Source: Vulcanimicrobiota bacterium (GTDB lineage Bacteria > Vulcanimicrobiota > Vulcanimicrobiia > Vulcanimicrobiales > Vulcanimicrobiaceae). Taken from it: 64,000 nucleotides of DNA. Location: NCBI GenBank assembly GCA_963833095.1, contig CAWHWQ010000001.1:192001-256000 (forward strand). Reading direction: 5' to 3'. The notes under the pieces are model-generated. The model did no database searches. It saw only the letters and a program-made list of their open reading frames with translations, and was not told where the DNA came from. Below are positions 10,615-19,758 of the stretch, one piece after another (within the stretch, counting starts at the first letter, position 1; the number at the start of each line of letters is the position of its first letter). The translations under genes and the position numbers were made by a program.

Positions 10615-10634
10615 TATGGTATCTGGTATACCAG
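10615..10634. promoter_or_regulatory. Putative GntR/FadR operator
   Basis: Perfect 12-bp palindrome ctggtataccag (10623-10634) plus an adjacent half-site tggtat, upstream of the GntR-lyase-frc operon. Confidence 0.6.
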
Positions 10635-10683
10635 TTCCTTCGAGGTGCACCAAATTACGGCTAGCCGCACGATGCGGCCGCTT

Positions 10684-11574
10684 CTATTGTTGCTCTAGTT
10701 CATCGAGAGTCTTGGGCCAGTCCGATTTGAGCAGACGCGAGAGGCTGCGGTCGGCGAGCAGCTTGCCGCCGTTCTGGCACTGTGCGCAATAGTTCGTCTC
10801 GTTGCCGGCGTAGCGAATACGTTGCACCGGCCGGCCGCATGTCGGGCAAGGCTGACCATAGCGCCCATGCACGGCAAAGTCTTTGCGAAAGGCCGTGACA
10901 TGCTCGGGAAACCCTTCGTCGGCTTCGGCGCGTAGACGGTCGATCCAGCTCCGCAAGGTGCCGCGTGCGGCGGCGAACAGGCGCTCCCATTGCTCCGGGG
11001 TCAACTTCTGCGTCAACGCAATCGGCGAAAGCTGCGCTGCGTGCAAGATCTCGTCGGAGTACGCATTGCCGATGCCGTCCACGATGCGCGGATCCGTCAG
11101 GGCGCGTTTGAGAGTTCGGTTTTCGGCCGTCAGCGCGGCGCGAAACGCCTCGATGTCGCCGGCAAAAATATCGAGGCCCCCACGATCCATCTCGGCTAAT
11201 GCCGCTTCTCCCGCCACGACGCTAAGTGACGCGCGATGTTTCGAGCCCGCTTCGGTGAGCACGAGCGAACCGCTGGAAAAATCGAACGCCGCCAGGCTAT
11301 TGCGACCGCGAAGCGCGGCCTGCGCCGCGCGCCAGTGGAGGCGCCCCGCGATCATGAGGTGCAGCACCAGCCAAAGGTCGTTGTCCAAACCGATCGCGAT
11401 GCGCTTGCCGATGCGCCGAAGCGAACGAACGCGATGCCCTTCCACTTCCGAAATTGCCGGCTGCGCGGTTCGTAGCAAAAAGGGACTCGCGATCCGCACG
11501 CGCTCGAGCGTTTCGCCGAGGATGCGCCCATCGAGCGCATGCAAGTACGCGGCAATATCCGGAAGTTCAGGCAC
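10684..11574 (-). CDS. Fpg/Nei-family DNA glycosylase
   Basis: N-terminal MPELPD, HLMIAG, GIGNAYSDEIL, C-terminal CPTC...CAQCQ zinc finger. Confidence 0.92.
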   Translation of the reverse strand: MPELPDIAAYLHALDGRILGETLERVRIASPFLLRTAQPAISEVEGHRVRSLRRIGKRIAIGLDNDLWLVLHLMIAGRLHWRAAQAALRGRNSLAAFDFSSGSLVLTEAGSKHRASLSVVAGEAALAEMDRGGLDIFAGDIEAFRAALTAENRTLKRALTDPRIVDGIGNAYSDEILHAAQLSPIALTQKLTPEQWERLFAAARGTLRSWIDRLRAEADEGFPEHVTAFRKDFAVHGRYGQPCPTCGRPVQRIRYAGNETNYCAQCQNGGKLLADRSLSRLLKSDWPKTLDELEQQ

Positions 11575-12484
11575 GGCGAGCGAGCGCTATCGCGGATTGC
11601 ACGCCGGCGTCGTCGAGTGCGATGACGCGCACGCGCGGGAATGCGGCGTGGGCAAGATCGGTCAGGACGTGGCCCGGGATCGCCTCGATGAACATCTTCG
11701 CCCCCATTTCGACGAGCATCGTCGAGGCGTCATGCCAGCGCACTTCATGCGCGACACCAGCGGCGAGATCGTCGCGCAAACCGCGGGCGTCGCGAATAAC
11801 ACGCGGCCCAACGCTGCCGACGTACGTGATCCGGGGATCGCGGATCTCGATCGATGCCAGCACTTCCTCGAGGCGCGCTTGCACCGGCGCAAGCAGCGGA
11901 CAGTGCGACGGCACGGCCACGTCGAGCCGGTCGGCTCGGCGCGCACCGGCTTCTTTGCCCGCGTCGAGAGCGCGCGCGAGCGCCACGTTCTCGCCGGCGA
12001 CGACGCACTGCGTGGGAGCGTTGACATTCGCGACGTACACCTGCGCTCCATCGCCCGAGACTTCGCTAACGATCTCCCGCACGTCGCGCTCCGGCAGACC
12101 GGCGATCACCCCCATACCAAAGCCACCTGGAAAGAGGCGCTCCATCGTGCGGGCTCGCTCGAGAACGACGTGCAGTGCGTCGGCAAACGTCATCGCATGC
12201 GCCGTAACCGCAGCGGCGAACCCACCCACAGAATGTCCGGCGACAACCTGCGCGTAGACCTCGCGCGCTTCGAGGATTCGCGCCGATGCAACGCCGGCAA
12301 CCAGTATGCCGAGCTGTACGTTGACCGTCGACGCCAGGGACGCGACGTCGTCGCGCGTGCGTATATCGTAACCAAGCGCCGCCTGCGCCTCGTCGAAGGT
12401 GCCCGCCGCCAGCGGGTCGCTCGCGATGCGCGCGAACATATCGGGATACTGCGAGCCTTGTCCCGGGAAAAGCAGCGCTAGCAC
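11567..12484 (-). CDS. mdcH: Malonate decarboxylase malonyl-CoA:ACP transacylase
   Basis: FPGQGSQ, GHSVG, VPSHC; last gene of the mdc operon. Confidence 0.9.
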   Translation of the reverse strand: MLALLFPGQGSQYPDMFARIASDPLAAGTFDEAQAALGYDIRTRDDVASLASTVNVQLGILVAGVASARILEAREVYAQVVAGHSVGGFAAAVTAHAMTFADALHVVLERARTMERLFPGGFGMGVIAGLPERDVREIVSEVSGDGAQVYVANVNAPTQCVVAGENVALARALDAGKEAGARRADRLDVAVPSHCPLLAPVQARLEEVLASIEIRDPRITYVGSVGPRVIRDARGLRDDLAAGVAHEVRWHDASTMLVEMGAKMFIEAIPGHVLTDLAHAAFPRVRVIALDDAGVQSAIALARRA

Positions 12485-12485
12485 G

Positions 12486-13886
12486 CTAAGACCAGCTACG
12501 TCGTTCGATCGAGTCCACAAAGAGTGTTGCGGCGAGCAAATCGGCGGCACCGCCCGGCGAGGCGTGGTGCGCGAGCAGCTCGGATTCAAGCGCATCAAAC
12601 GCCTGTCGTCCCGCGCCTGTACCGATCCCGCCTGCGTCAAGGGCGGTGGCGGCGCCGGTTTGCATTGAGCGCAGCGCTGCCCCACCGCCGCGATGGAGCA
12701 CGCAGGTATCGTCGAGTGTGCGCATGATCGTCAAGAGCGCATCGATCCGCGCGACTGCTTCGCTTGCGCCGCGCTCGCGCGCGGCGCGTAGCGCGGGGAG
12801 CGCGCGGTCGACCACGTGGGGAAACCCCGCCTGCGCTTCGCCCATCGCGCCGCGCACACCATAACGCGCGCGCGCGTGCTCGCCATGCGAATCGATGCTG
12901 CCGCGCAAGGAGTCGGGCAATGATGCGATCGTCGCGGCCGTTTGCGCAAGCACGCGGGGATCGTGCGAGCCCGTGCGCGCGTGAGCCGCTAGCAAAAGCC
13001 CAAGCGACCAAATCGCTCCCCGATGCGTGTTGACGCCACCGGTTGCGCGCAGCATCGCTGCCTCCCCGTCACGTCCGATCGCTCCAAGGCGTTCGCGCAA
13101 GGTCGCATCGAGTGAGGCGCTGCGCGCGGCTGCCGCAACCGCTTCAAACGTTTCGCCAAGCGCCACGGCCGAGCGCAGTAACAGCTCAAGCGAAAGATCG
13201 TTGTGCGCGCCGCTGCCGCGCCGATCGACGAGCGCCGGCTTGGGGGTCAACTCCGCCTCGGCAACGAGCACTTGAACGGCAGCCTGCGCGGGAGAGAACG
13301 GCGGGAGGAGCCGCGGCCCACCGGGTGTTTTAACCATCAATTCTCCGCCGCGCAACGCTTCCGCGAGCGCGGCACCATAGTCGTCCCCGAATGCGACCTC
13401 GACGTCGATGCGCACCGGTAAATCAGTAACCGTGCGAGCAAAGGAATGCAGTTGCGCGTCCATCGGCTCAGCGCGAACCAGGACGTCGAGATCACTCTCG
13501 CCGTGCAATGCTGCAATGCCGGTAGCAAGCTCAAATCCGGCCGCCCCAATGGGACCGACGGTTAAAGAACGCGCGCGGGCTTCACGCACGACCGCCTGGA
13601 GCGCGTCAAATGCGCCGTGGCTTCGAGCCGGCGCGAGGCCGGCCAGCATTTCGGGGGTGACGAGTTCCTCAATTTCATCGTCGTGGACGACTGCCGCAAA
13701 GCGCTCTTCGCGGCCCGTTCCGCGCACGCCGATCGCGACGCCCCGATTGACGTGAGCGCGCCGCACGGCAGCCCAAGGAGCGCGCCCAAGACTCGCGCCG
13801 ATCCACCCGGGCGCATCGCCGCTAATCCGCGCGACCGCGGACGAGGTCAGGCGAACGAGGTCGTGCGGACGCGGCCGATCATGCAT
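12486..13886 (-). CDS. mdcG-mdcB: Fused MdcG (phosphoribosyl-dephospho-CoA transferase) and MdcB (triphosphoribosyl-dephospho-CoA synthase)
   Basis: N-half RPHDLV...GVRG..R..R...SDLD...K...GPRL; C-half LTPKPALVD, GVNTHRGAIW, SPGGAADLLA; single uninterrupted frame. Confidence 0.88.
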   Translation of the reverse strand: MHDRPRPHDLVRLTSSAVARISGDAPGWIGASLGRAPWAAVRRAHVNRGVAIGVRGTGREERFAAVVHDDEIEELVTPEMLAGLAPARSHGAFDALQAVVREARARSLTVGPIGAAGFELATGIAALHGESDLDVLVRAEPMDAQLHSFARTVTDLPVRIDVEVAFGDDYGAALAEALRGGELMVKTPGGPRLLPPFSPAQAAVQVLVAEAELTPKPALVDRRGSGAHNDLSLELLLRSAVALGETFEAVAAAARSASLDATLRERLGAIGRDGEAAMLRATGGVNTHRGAIWSLGLLLAAHARTGSHDPRVLAQTAATIASLPDSLRGSIDSHGEHARARYGVRGAMGEAQAGFPHVVDRALPALRAARERGASEAVARIDALLTIMRTLDDTCVLHRGGGAALRSMQTGAATALDAGGIGTGAGRQAFDALESELLAHHASPGGAADLLAATLFVDSIERRSWS

Positions 13887-14676
13887 CCCATTGCGTCTGC
13901 AGTTCGTCGCGAACCCGCCGCGACAGCGCACGCGTGTGCAACGCCGCGGGCGCGTCGAGTCGCTCGCGAGGATTGCGAAGGCCAAGACTCGGGTTGCGCA
14001 AGACGTCGGTGAGCGCATGCACCACCAAGGCGACGTCTGCGTCGCTGGGCGCGCTTGGATCGCTGACCGGGAAGAGCCGATCGATCCCGCCGAGGGTTGC
14101 GAAGGTGCGTATGTCGCGCGCTGTCGCCGGGACCTCACGCGCGACGCGAGCAAGATCCTCGCGCTCCATGCGCGTGACCCGCGCAACCGCAGCCTCCGAC
14201 ATTACGTGTATCTCGATGCCTTCATCGTCGAGTGCGCCGATCCAACCGGCCTGCAATCCGTGGCACAGAAACGCGCCCGAGATTGCCTTACCGACCACTA
14301 GCGCGAGCACCGGATGCCCGCCGCGACGCGCGCGAATATAGGCGTTGGTCGAAGCGGCGAGCGCGCGTTGCAAGCCGACCGCTTCTTCACGCGTGCCGAA
14401 CGACTGGCCGGGCACGTCGACGATCGCGAGAATCGCGCTTCCCGCGGGTGTGCCGCTCACGGCCGTTGCGAGCCCAAAGCCTTCGTCAATGCCCATCTCG
14501 CCGTTGCGCGCGCGCGGAAAGCGTCCATTCGGATCGGGAACGACGGCTACGGCGCGCACGGCATGCCCACCGATCGACGCGTCCGCCGCGAGCACTGACG
14601 CGGGAAGTCCCGCGATCGGTTTTGCGCCTGCGGTCAAGCGCTCGAACCAGGCGCGTCCACGCACGCTCGCACTCAC
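13879..14676 (-). CDS. mdcE: Malonate decarboxylase gamma subunit
   Basis: RFPRARNGEMG, VDVPGQ, GKAISGAFL.HG. Confidence 0.92.
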   Translation of the reverse strand: MSASVRGRAWFERLTAGAKPIAGLPASVLAADASIGGHAVRAVAVVPDPNGRFPRARNGEMGIDEGFGLATAVSGTPAGSAILAIVDVPGQSFGTREEAVGLQRALAASTNAYIRARRGGHPVLALVVGKAISGAFLCHGLQAGWIGALDDEGIEIHVMSEAAVARVTRMEREDLARVAREVPATARDIRTFATLGGIDRLFPVSDPSAPSDADVALVVHALTDVLRNPSLGLRNPRERLDAPAALHTRALSRRVRDELQTQWDA

Positions 14677-15479
14677 GGCTGTATCTCCATCGCGCGTAAG
14701 AACGCATCGCGTTCAAGACGGGGATCGGGGAATGGCTGCGCAACGAGCGGGCCGAGTTCGCGCGGTTCTTCAAACGCTCGCTCGATGGCAGCTCGAATCG
14801 CTGTGACATCGTCGCTAACCAGTTCGGTAGCAAAGCCCTGGCGAAAGCGGAGCTGGCCGCCGGTCACGCGCCAGATGAGCGGACGATCGGACGAATCCAT
14901 CTCGTCGATTCCCGACTCGGTTTCCACCACATCGGGACCGTTGAGGCCGACGCGAGCGCCTTCGCTAACGATGATTTCGCTGCACAACGCAGTGGAGAGC
15001 GAGAGTCCACCATAGACGCCGACGCGTCCCGCGATCAGCGCAACGACCGGCATCAGCTCGCGCAACGCCACGATGCCGTCGCAAATCTCCGAGACCGCGA
15101 GAATCGCGAGATTGGCTTCCTGCAAGCGGATGCCGCCGGTATCGAGCGCAAGCACCAAACGAGTCGGCGTTCCGCGCTGCGCGTCTCGCCGCGCGAGTTC
15201 GAGCGCTCCCGCAATCTTTGCTCCGCCGATCTCGCCGATCGATCCGCCGAGGAAACGCCCATCGGTTGCAACGACGCATGCGCGCACGCCGCCGATAGTG
15301 CCGCGTGCGACCACGGTGCCATCGTCTGATTGCGGCACGACGCCTTGGGCTTCGAGATACGGCGAAGCAATGCGTTCGAAAGGACCGAGCAATTCGCGAA
15401 AGCTCTGTGGGTCAAGCAACGCACGCGCTCGGTCGCGGGCACCACGCTCGGCAAAGGATTCGGCCAAGAGCAAACTCAC
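14673..15479 (-). CDS. mdcD: Malonate decarboxylase beta subunit
   Basis: FRELLGPF, DDG.V, GGSIGE, DTGGIRLQEAN, GLNGP.V.E. Confidence 0.92.
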   Translation of the reverse strand: MSLLLAESFAERGARDRARALLDPQSFRELLGPFERIASPYLEAQGVVPQSDDGTVVARGTIGGVRACVVATDGRFLGGSIGEIGGAKIAGALELARRDAQRGTPTRLVLALDTGGIRLQEANLAILAVSEICDGIVALRELMPVVALIAGRVGVYGGLSLSTALCSEIIVSEGARVGLNGPDVVETESGIDEMDSSDRPLIWRVTGGQLRFRQGFATELVSDDVTAIRAAIERAFEEPRELGPLVAQPFPDPRLERDAFLRAMEIQP

Positions 15480-15772
15480 TGCGCACTCTCCAAAGCTTGT
15501 TCCAAACGCAGCGACACCACAGCCGGCGTCGCGCCGAAATCGTTGATCTCGATCTGTACCGCGACCGGGTTGCGCGTGAAGAACCGCCCCAGTACCGCCT
15601 GCCACGTCGCGCCGAAGCCGCTCACGCTCGTGCGCACGACGATCGAGGAGCGTCCGGCCGGCGCCGGCTCGAGCAAGATCTCGCAGTTGCCGGATGCAAC
15701 AACGCCGACGTGCGCCCGGTGCGCCACTCCATCACTCGCTGGAAACTCATACGTTAACGTCTCGATCATCAC
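15476..15772 (-). CDS. mdcC: Malonate decarboxylase acyl carrier protein
   Basis: GVVASGN.E, INDFGATP.VVSLRL.QA. Confidence 0.93.
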   Translation of the reverse strand: MMIETLTYEFPASDGVAHRAHVGVVASGNCEILLEPAPAGRSSIVVRTSVSGFGATWQAVLGRFFTRNPVAVQIEINDFGATPAVVSLRLEQALESAQ

Positions 15773-17403
15773 CAGCTCCTAAAGCGTTTGGGCGGATCGT
15801 ACAGTCCGCCCGACCACTCGACCAGGTCGCGTACCGAACGCGCCGCCAAGAGCGTGCGGTTGGCCTCGTTACGCCGCACCCCAAGATCTTCGGGGAAGGC
15901 TACGATCCCAGCTTGGCGCAGCGACTGGGTTCGCGTTTCGTCGGCACCAAGGCCGATCTTGGTGACGCCCGCGATCGCCGCCAATGCCGCGCGTCGCTCG
16001 TCGATATCGCGCGCGCGATAGAGATACGCTATACCTTCTTCGGTGACAACGTGCGTGACGTCGTCGCCATAGATCATCACCGGGGCTATCGGAAATCCGG
16101 CGCTGCGCCCCAGTTCGACCGCGTCGAGACGCTCCACGAACGTCGGAACGCCGCTTTCCTGAAAGGTCTCGACGAGTTGCACCACGATCTTGCGTCCCCG
16201 CCGGATCTCTGCGTCCGAGGAAGTCATTTCGAGCCACGCGGTGCTGGAGTGCCGGCGGCCGCGCGGATCGCTGCCTAAGTTGGGAGCGCCCCCGAAACCG
16301 GCGATGCGCCCCAAGGTCGCGGTCGATGAGTTCGCGTCGGGATCGATCTGCAACGTCGATCCGATGAACAGATCCGTCGCGTAAAGACCGGCGGCTTGGC
16401 AAAACGCGCGATTGGAACGCAGCGATCCATCGCGTCCGGTAAAGAACACATCGGGACGCGCAGCAACGTAACGCTCCATGCCAAGCTCGCCGCCATAGCA
16501 ATGCACGCTGCGCACCCATCCGCTCTCGATCGCCGGAATCAGCGTGGGATGCGGATTGAGCACCCAATGCGTGCAAACTTCGCCACGCAAACCCAAACGC
16601 TCACCATAGGTCGGTAGAATCAACTCGATCGCAGCAGTATCGAAGCCGATGCCGTGATTGAGACTCTGCACGCGGTGGCGCTCGTAGATACCGCGTACAA
16701 CGAGCATGGCCATGAGAATCTGCACGTCGCCGATCAGTTCGGGGTCGCGCGTAAAGAGCGGCTCGATTTCGTACGGCTTATCGGCAACAACCACTAAGTC
16801 GACCCAGTCGCCCGGAATATCTACCCTCGTGCAGCGATCGACGACGCGATTAACTTGTGCGATCACGATCCCGTCACGAAAAGCGGTGGCCTCGGCAATC
16901 GTCGGCGTTTCTTCGGTGTTGGGGCCGGTATAGAGGTTGCCATCGGCGTCGGCCTCATCCGCAGCAATGAGCGCAATGTTGGGCGTGAGATCGACGAAAT
17001 AACGCGCGAAGAGCTCGAGATAGGTGTGAATGGCGCCGACGCGTACACGGCCGTCGGCGACCTGCTGCGCCAAACGCAGCGACTGTGGCCCCGAATATGA
17101 GAAATCGACTTGCGAGGCAATGCCGCGCTCAAAGAGCGCAATGTGCTCGGGGCGACCGATGACCGAAATGAGCAGATGCAGGTCGTGGACGCGTTGCGGA
17201 TCGACCGTGGCAAGCGCGCGCGAAAGAAAGTCTGCCTGCTTTTGATTGTTGCCTTCGAGGCAGAGGCGATCGCCCGGCTCGATAAGCTCTTCGAGAACCG
17301 CGACCACGTCGCGTGCCTCGAAACGCCCGTCGCGCACCAAAGCAGAGATGCGCTCCAAGCGCTCGTCCTTGCGCCGGCGGCGCGTATTCCAGGCCGAATT
17401 CAC
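15769..17403 (-). CDS. mdcA: Malonate decarboxylase alpha subunit
   Basis: LEGNNQKQADFL, YTGPNTEETP, GFGGAPN.G, MIYGDDVTH, PPKRFRSW. Confidence 0.97.
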   Translation of the reverse strand: MNSAWNTRRRRKDERLERISALVRDGRFEARDVVAVLEELIEPGDRLCLEGNNQKQADFLSRALATVDPQRVHDLHLLISVIGRPEHIALFERGIASQVDFSYSGPQSLRLAQQVADGRVRVGAIHTYLELFARYFVDLTPNIALIAADEADADGNLYTGPNTEETPTIAEATAFRDGIVIAQVNRVVDRCTRVDIPGDWVDLVVVADKPYEIEPLFTRDPELIGDVQILMAMLVVRGIYERHRVQSLNHGIGFDTAAIELILPTYGERLGLRGEVCTHWVLNPHPTLIPAIESGWVRSVHCYGGELGMERYVAARPDVFFTGRDGSLRSNRAFCQAAGLYATDLFIGSTLQIDPDANSSTATLGRIAGFGGAPNLGSDPRGRRHSSTAWLEMTSSDAEIRRGRKIVVQLVETFQESGVPTFVERLDAVELGRSAGFPIAPVMIYGDDVTHVVTEEGIAYLYRARDIDERRAALAAIAGVTKIGLGADETRTQSLRQAGIVAFPEDLGVRRNEANRTLLAARSVRDLVEWSGGLYDPPKRFRSW

Positions 17404-17418
17404 CCGGGGGGAGTTGCG

Positions 17419-17763
17419 CTAGGCCGAAAATCGTACCTGCAACGCGTCGCGCGATTCGCTCAGTTGCAACGCACCCTCGAGCCCGGTGATATTGAAGATG
17501 CGCCGAATTCGCGAACTGACCGGCACGACGACGCCGACGCGGTTCGGTGCCGCATTGGCGGCACGAATAAGCACGTTCAAAATTGTCGAATCCAGGTATT
17601 CGCATCCAGAGAGGTCCACGATTACCGGCAGCTCGCCACGAAGCTTGGCCGCGATCGCCTCGCTAAACCACTGCGCGGCCGCGATATCGAGCTCGCCCTT
17701 GACCGCGAGCACTTCGGCCCAGATAAGTGATTCGTGTCCCAAATCTTTTTGCGAATACGTCAT
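17419..17763 (-). CDS. STAS-domain anti-sigma factor antagonist
   Basis: GELDI, VIVDLS..EYLDST, RIFNITGL. Confidence 0.85.
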   Translation of the reverse strand: MTYSQKDLGHESLIWAEVLAVKGELDIAAAQWFSEAIAAKLRGELPVIVDLSGCEYLDSTILNVLIRAANAAPNRVGVVVPVSSRIRRIFNITGLEGALQLSESRDALQVRFSA

Positions 17764-17824
17764 GTCTGTACCGTAGCCATAAATCGCGAATAAAACACGT
17801 GGTGACGGTCGGTCTCTTCGGACG

Positions 17825-18235
17825 CTACCGCGCGGCGAAGATGCGCGCGGCCGCCATGATTTCACCCTGTATTTCGGGAAGGGGATCGTCGCGAAGGAGC
17901 ACCGCTGGGACGCGGTCGCCCAAATGCGGGTTGCTCCCATGGAACCAGGCGCGGGCGATGTCGGGGTCTCGCGTACTCAGGATCATCGCGGCGATTTGGA
18001 GTGTGAAGCGGAGCACGTTGGGGCGTTGCGGCGCGCGCCCCGCCGTCCATTGAGCCACGGCGCGCGTCTCGCCGACGCCACCGATCATCGCCACCGTCTT
18101 GGAACCAAGCAACTCCGTAAGCTCCGTGACGACCTCTTCGATCGGCGCGGACATTGCGTGTTGGTGCGCCTCGCCCGCCGACCACTCGCCCCGGGCCCCA
18201 CGGCCAAACGGTTCGACCTTTTCTCTCGCGCTCAC
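17825..18235 (-). CDS. Xre/MbcA/ParS-like antitoxin (no adjacent toxin)
   Basis: HTH-like LG.KTVAMIGGV...V.QW..G and C-terminal AWFHGSNPHL.D..P. Confidence 0.6.
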   Translation of the reverse strand: MSAREKVEPFGRGARGEWSAGEAHQHAMSAPIEEVVTELTELLGSKTVAMIGGVGETRAVAQWTAGRAPQRPNVLRFTLQIAAMILSTRDPDIARAWFHGSNPHLGDRVPAVLLRDDPLPEIQGEIMAAARIFAAR

Positions 18236-18335
18236 AGCCGAAATCCCACCTCAAATCCCAGATGCAATGACAGCTTATTTCTACCAGACAACCGAGCCTT
18301 ACGTCTATATCCAAAAAGCTGGACGTTTAAAAGCA

Positions 18336-18400
18336 AAGGCCCCGTGAAATACACGGGGCCTTAGGCTACGAAAAAGTGGGTTCAACCCACTTTTTGTAGC
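18336..18400 (-). terminator. Tandem hairpins/terminators after rplA
   Basis: gctacgaaaaagtgggtt/aacccactttttgtagc and ggccccgtg/cacggggcc. Confidence 0.75.
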
Positions 18401-18404
18401 TCTC

Positions 18405-19106
18405 CTAGGCGGTGGCCTTAATACGGTTCGGGTCGACCTTTATGCCGGGGCCCATCGTGCTCGTGAGCGTGACGCTCTTGAGGTAGGTGCCCTTCGAGGC
18501 CGCCGGTTTCGCGCGAACGATCGCATCGAGTAACGCGCCGACGTTCTCGAGCAACTGCTGCTCCTCGAACTGCGCCTTGCCGACGATCGTGTGAATGATC
18601 GCGGCCTTGTCGAGACGGTACTCGACCTTACCGGCCTTGATGTCGCGAATCGCGCCGGCGATGTTCGCGGACACGGTCCCGGCCTTGGGGTTGGGCATCT
18701 TCTGCGCAAGGATGCGTCCCAGTTCTTTGCCGACCTGCGCCATCATGTCCGGCGTCGCAACGGCAACGTCGAACTCGGTGAACCCGGCTTTGAGCCGGTC
18801 GATCAGCTCCTGGTCGCCGACGATATCGGCGCCCGCCTCTTGCGCGGCCTTCGCATTGTCGCCCTTGGCGAACGCGATGACGCGCACCGTACGGCCCGTG
18901 CCGTGCGGCAAGAGCACCGTGCCGCGCACGTTCTGGTCGCTCTTCTTCGGATCGACGCCGAGACGAATGTGAATCTCAACCGTCTCGTTGAACTTCGCAT
19001 TCGCGTTCTTCTTCACGAAGCCGATTGCTTCGGCCGGCGTGAAAAGCGCCTTCTTGTCGAAGTTGGCGACGAGGTTCTTGTAACGTTTTCCGTGATGTTG
19101 CGGCAT
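18405..19106 (-). CDS. rplA: 50S ribosomal protein L1
   Basis: KFNETVE, LPHGTG, MPNPKAGTV, STMGPG. Confidence 0.99.
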   Translation of the reverse strand: MPQHHGKRYKNLVANFDKKALFTPAEAIGFVKKNANAKFNETVEIHIRLGVDPKKSDQNVRGTVLLPHGTGRTVRVIAFAKGDNAKAAQEAGADIVGDQELIDRLKAGFTEFDVAVATPDMMAQVGKELGRILAQKMPNPKAGTVSANIAGAIRDIKAGKVEYRLDKAAIIHTIVGKAQFEEQQLLENVGALLDAIVRAKPAASKGTYLKSVTLTSTMGPGIKVDPNRIKATA

Positions 19107-19528
19107 TACTCGACCTCCACGCCCATCGAGCGTGCCGTTCCGGCGATGATTTTCTTGGCGGCGTCGATATCGTTGGCGTTGATGTCGGGCATCTTCACCT
19201 TGGCGATGTCTTCGAGTTGCTTTTGGGTCAGCTTACCGACCTTATTGCGATTGGGCTCTTTCGAACCCGACTCGATCTTGAGCGCCTGTTTGATCAGGAA
19301 CGACGCCGGCGGCGTCTTGGTGATGAACGTGAACGTACGATCTTCGTACACGGTGATCTCGACCGGAATGATCATGCCCGCCTGCGAAGCCGTACGTTCG
19401 TTGTACTGCTTGCAGAAATCCATGATGTTCAGCGAGTAGGGTCCGAGAGCCGGACCGATCGGCGGCGCAGGCGTTGCCTTGCCGGCCGGAATCTGTAGGC
19501 CGATCTTGCCTACGACCTTCTTAGCCAT
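19106..19528 (-). CDS. rplK: 50S ribosomal protein L11
   Basis: [25 protein letters not shown]. Confidence 0.99.
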   Translation of the reverse strand: MAKKVVGKIGLQIPAGKATPAPPIGPALGPYSLNIMDFCKQYNERTASQAGMIIPVEITVYEDRTFTFITKTPPASFLIKQALKIESGSKEPNRNKVGKLTQKQLEDIAKVKMPDINANDIDAAKKIIAGTARSMGVEVE

Positions 19529-19545
19529 TGTCTTGTCTTTCGTTT

Positions 19546-19707
19546 GGTACGGTACGCTTTTTCTCTCAGGCGTTCCGCACTTGGAAGACGCGGGGCAACA
19601 TCGTGTTGCCGGCGGTTATGGACATCGCGCCTCTCGCCCATCCAGGGCTCCGGCGCTCGCCAAGTCTTCCTTCGTTGCGGGACGCCTTGCGAAAAAGCGT
19701 TCCTACC
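19546..19707. repeat. Long imperfect inverted-repeat element in the rplK leader
   Basis: ggtacgcttttctctcaggcgttccgca...ggaagac pairs with gtcttcc...tgcgggacgccttgcgaaaaagcgttcc. Confidence 0.6.
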
Positions 19708-19758
19708 CCTCTGCAGTCTCATGGGCCGGGGTCGTTCCCACGAGAAACTTGCCTATTA

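Noticed and set aside
10883..12481. 532-aa plus-strand ORF and other long antisense ORFs
   Set aside because: Shadow frames of real minus-strand genes, Ser/Ala/Arg-rich with no motifs
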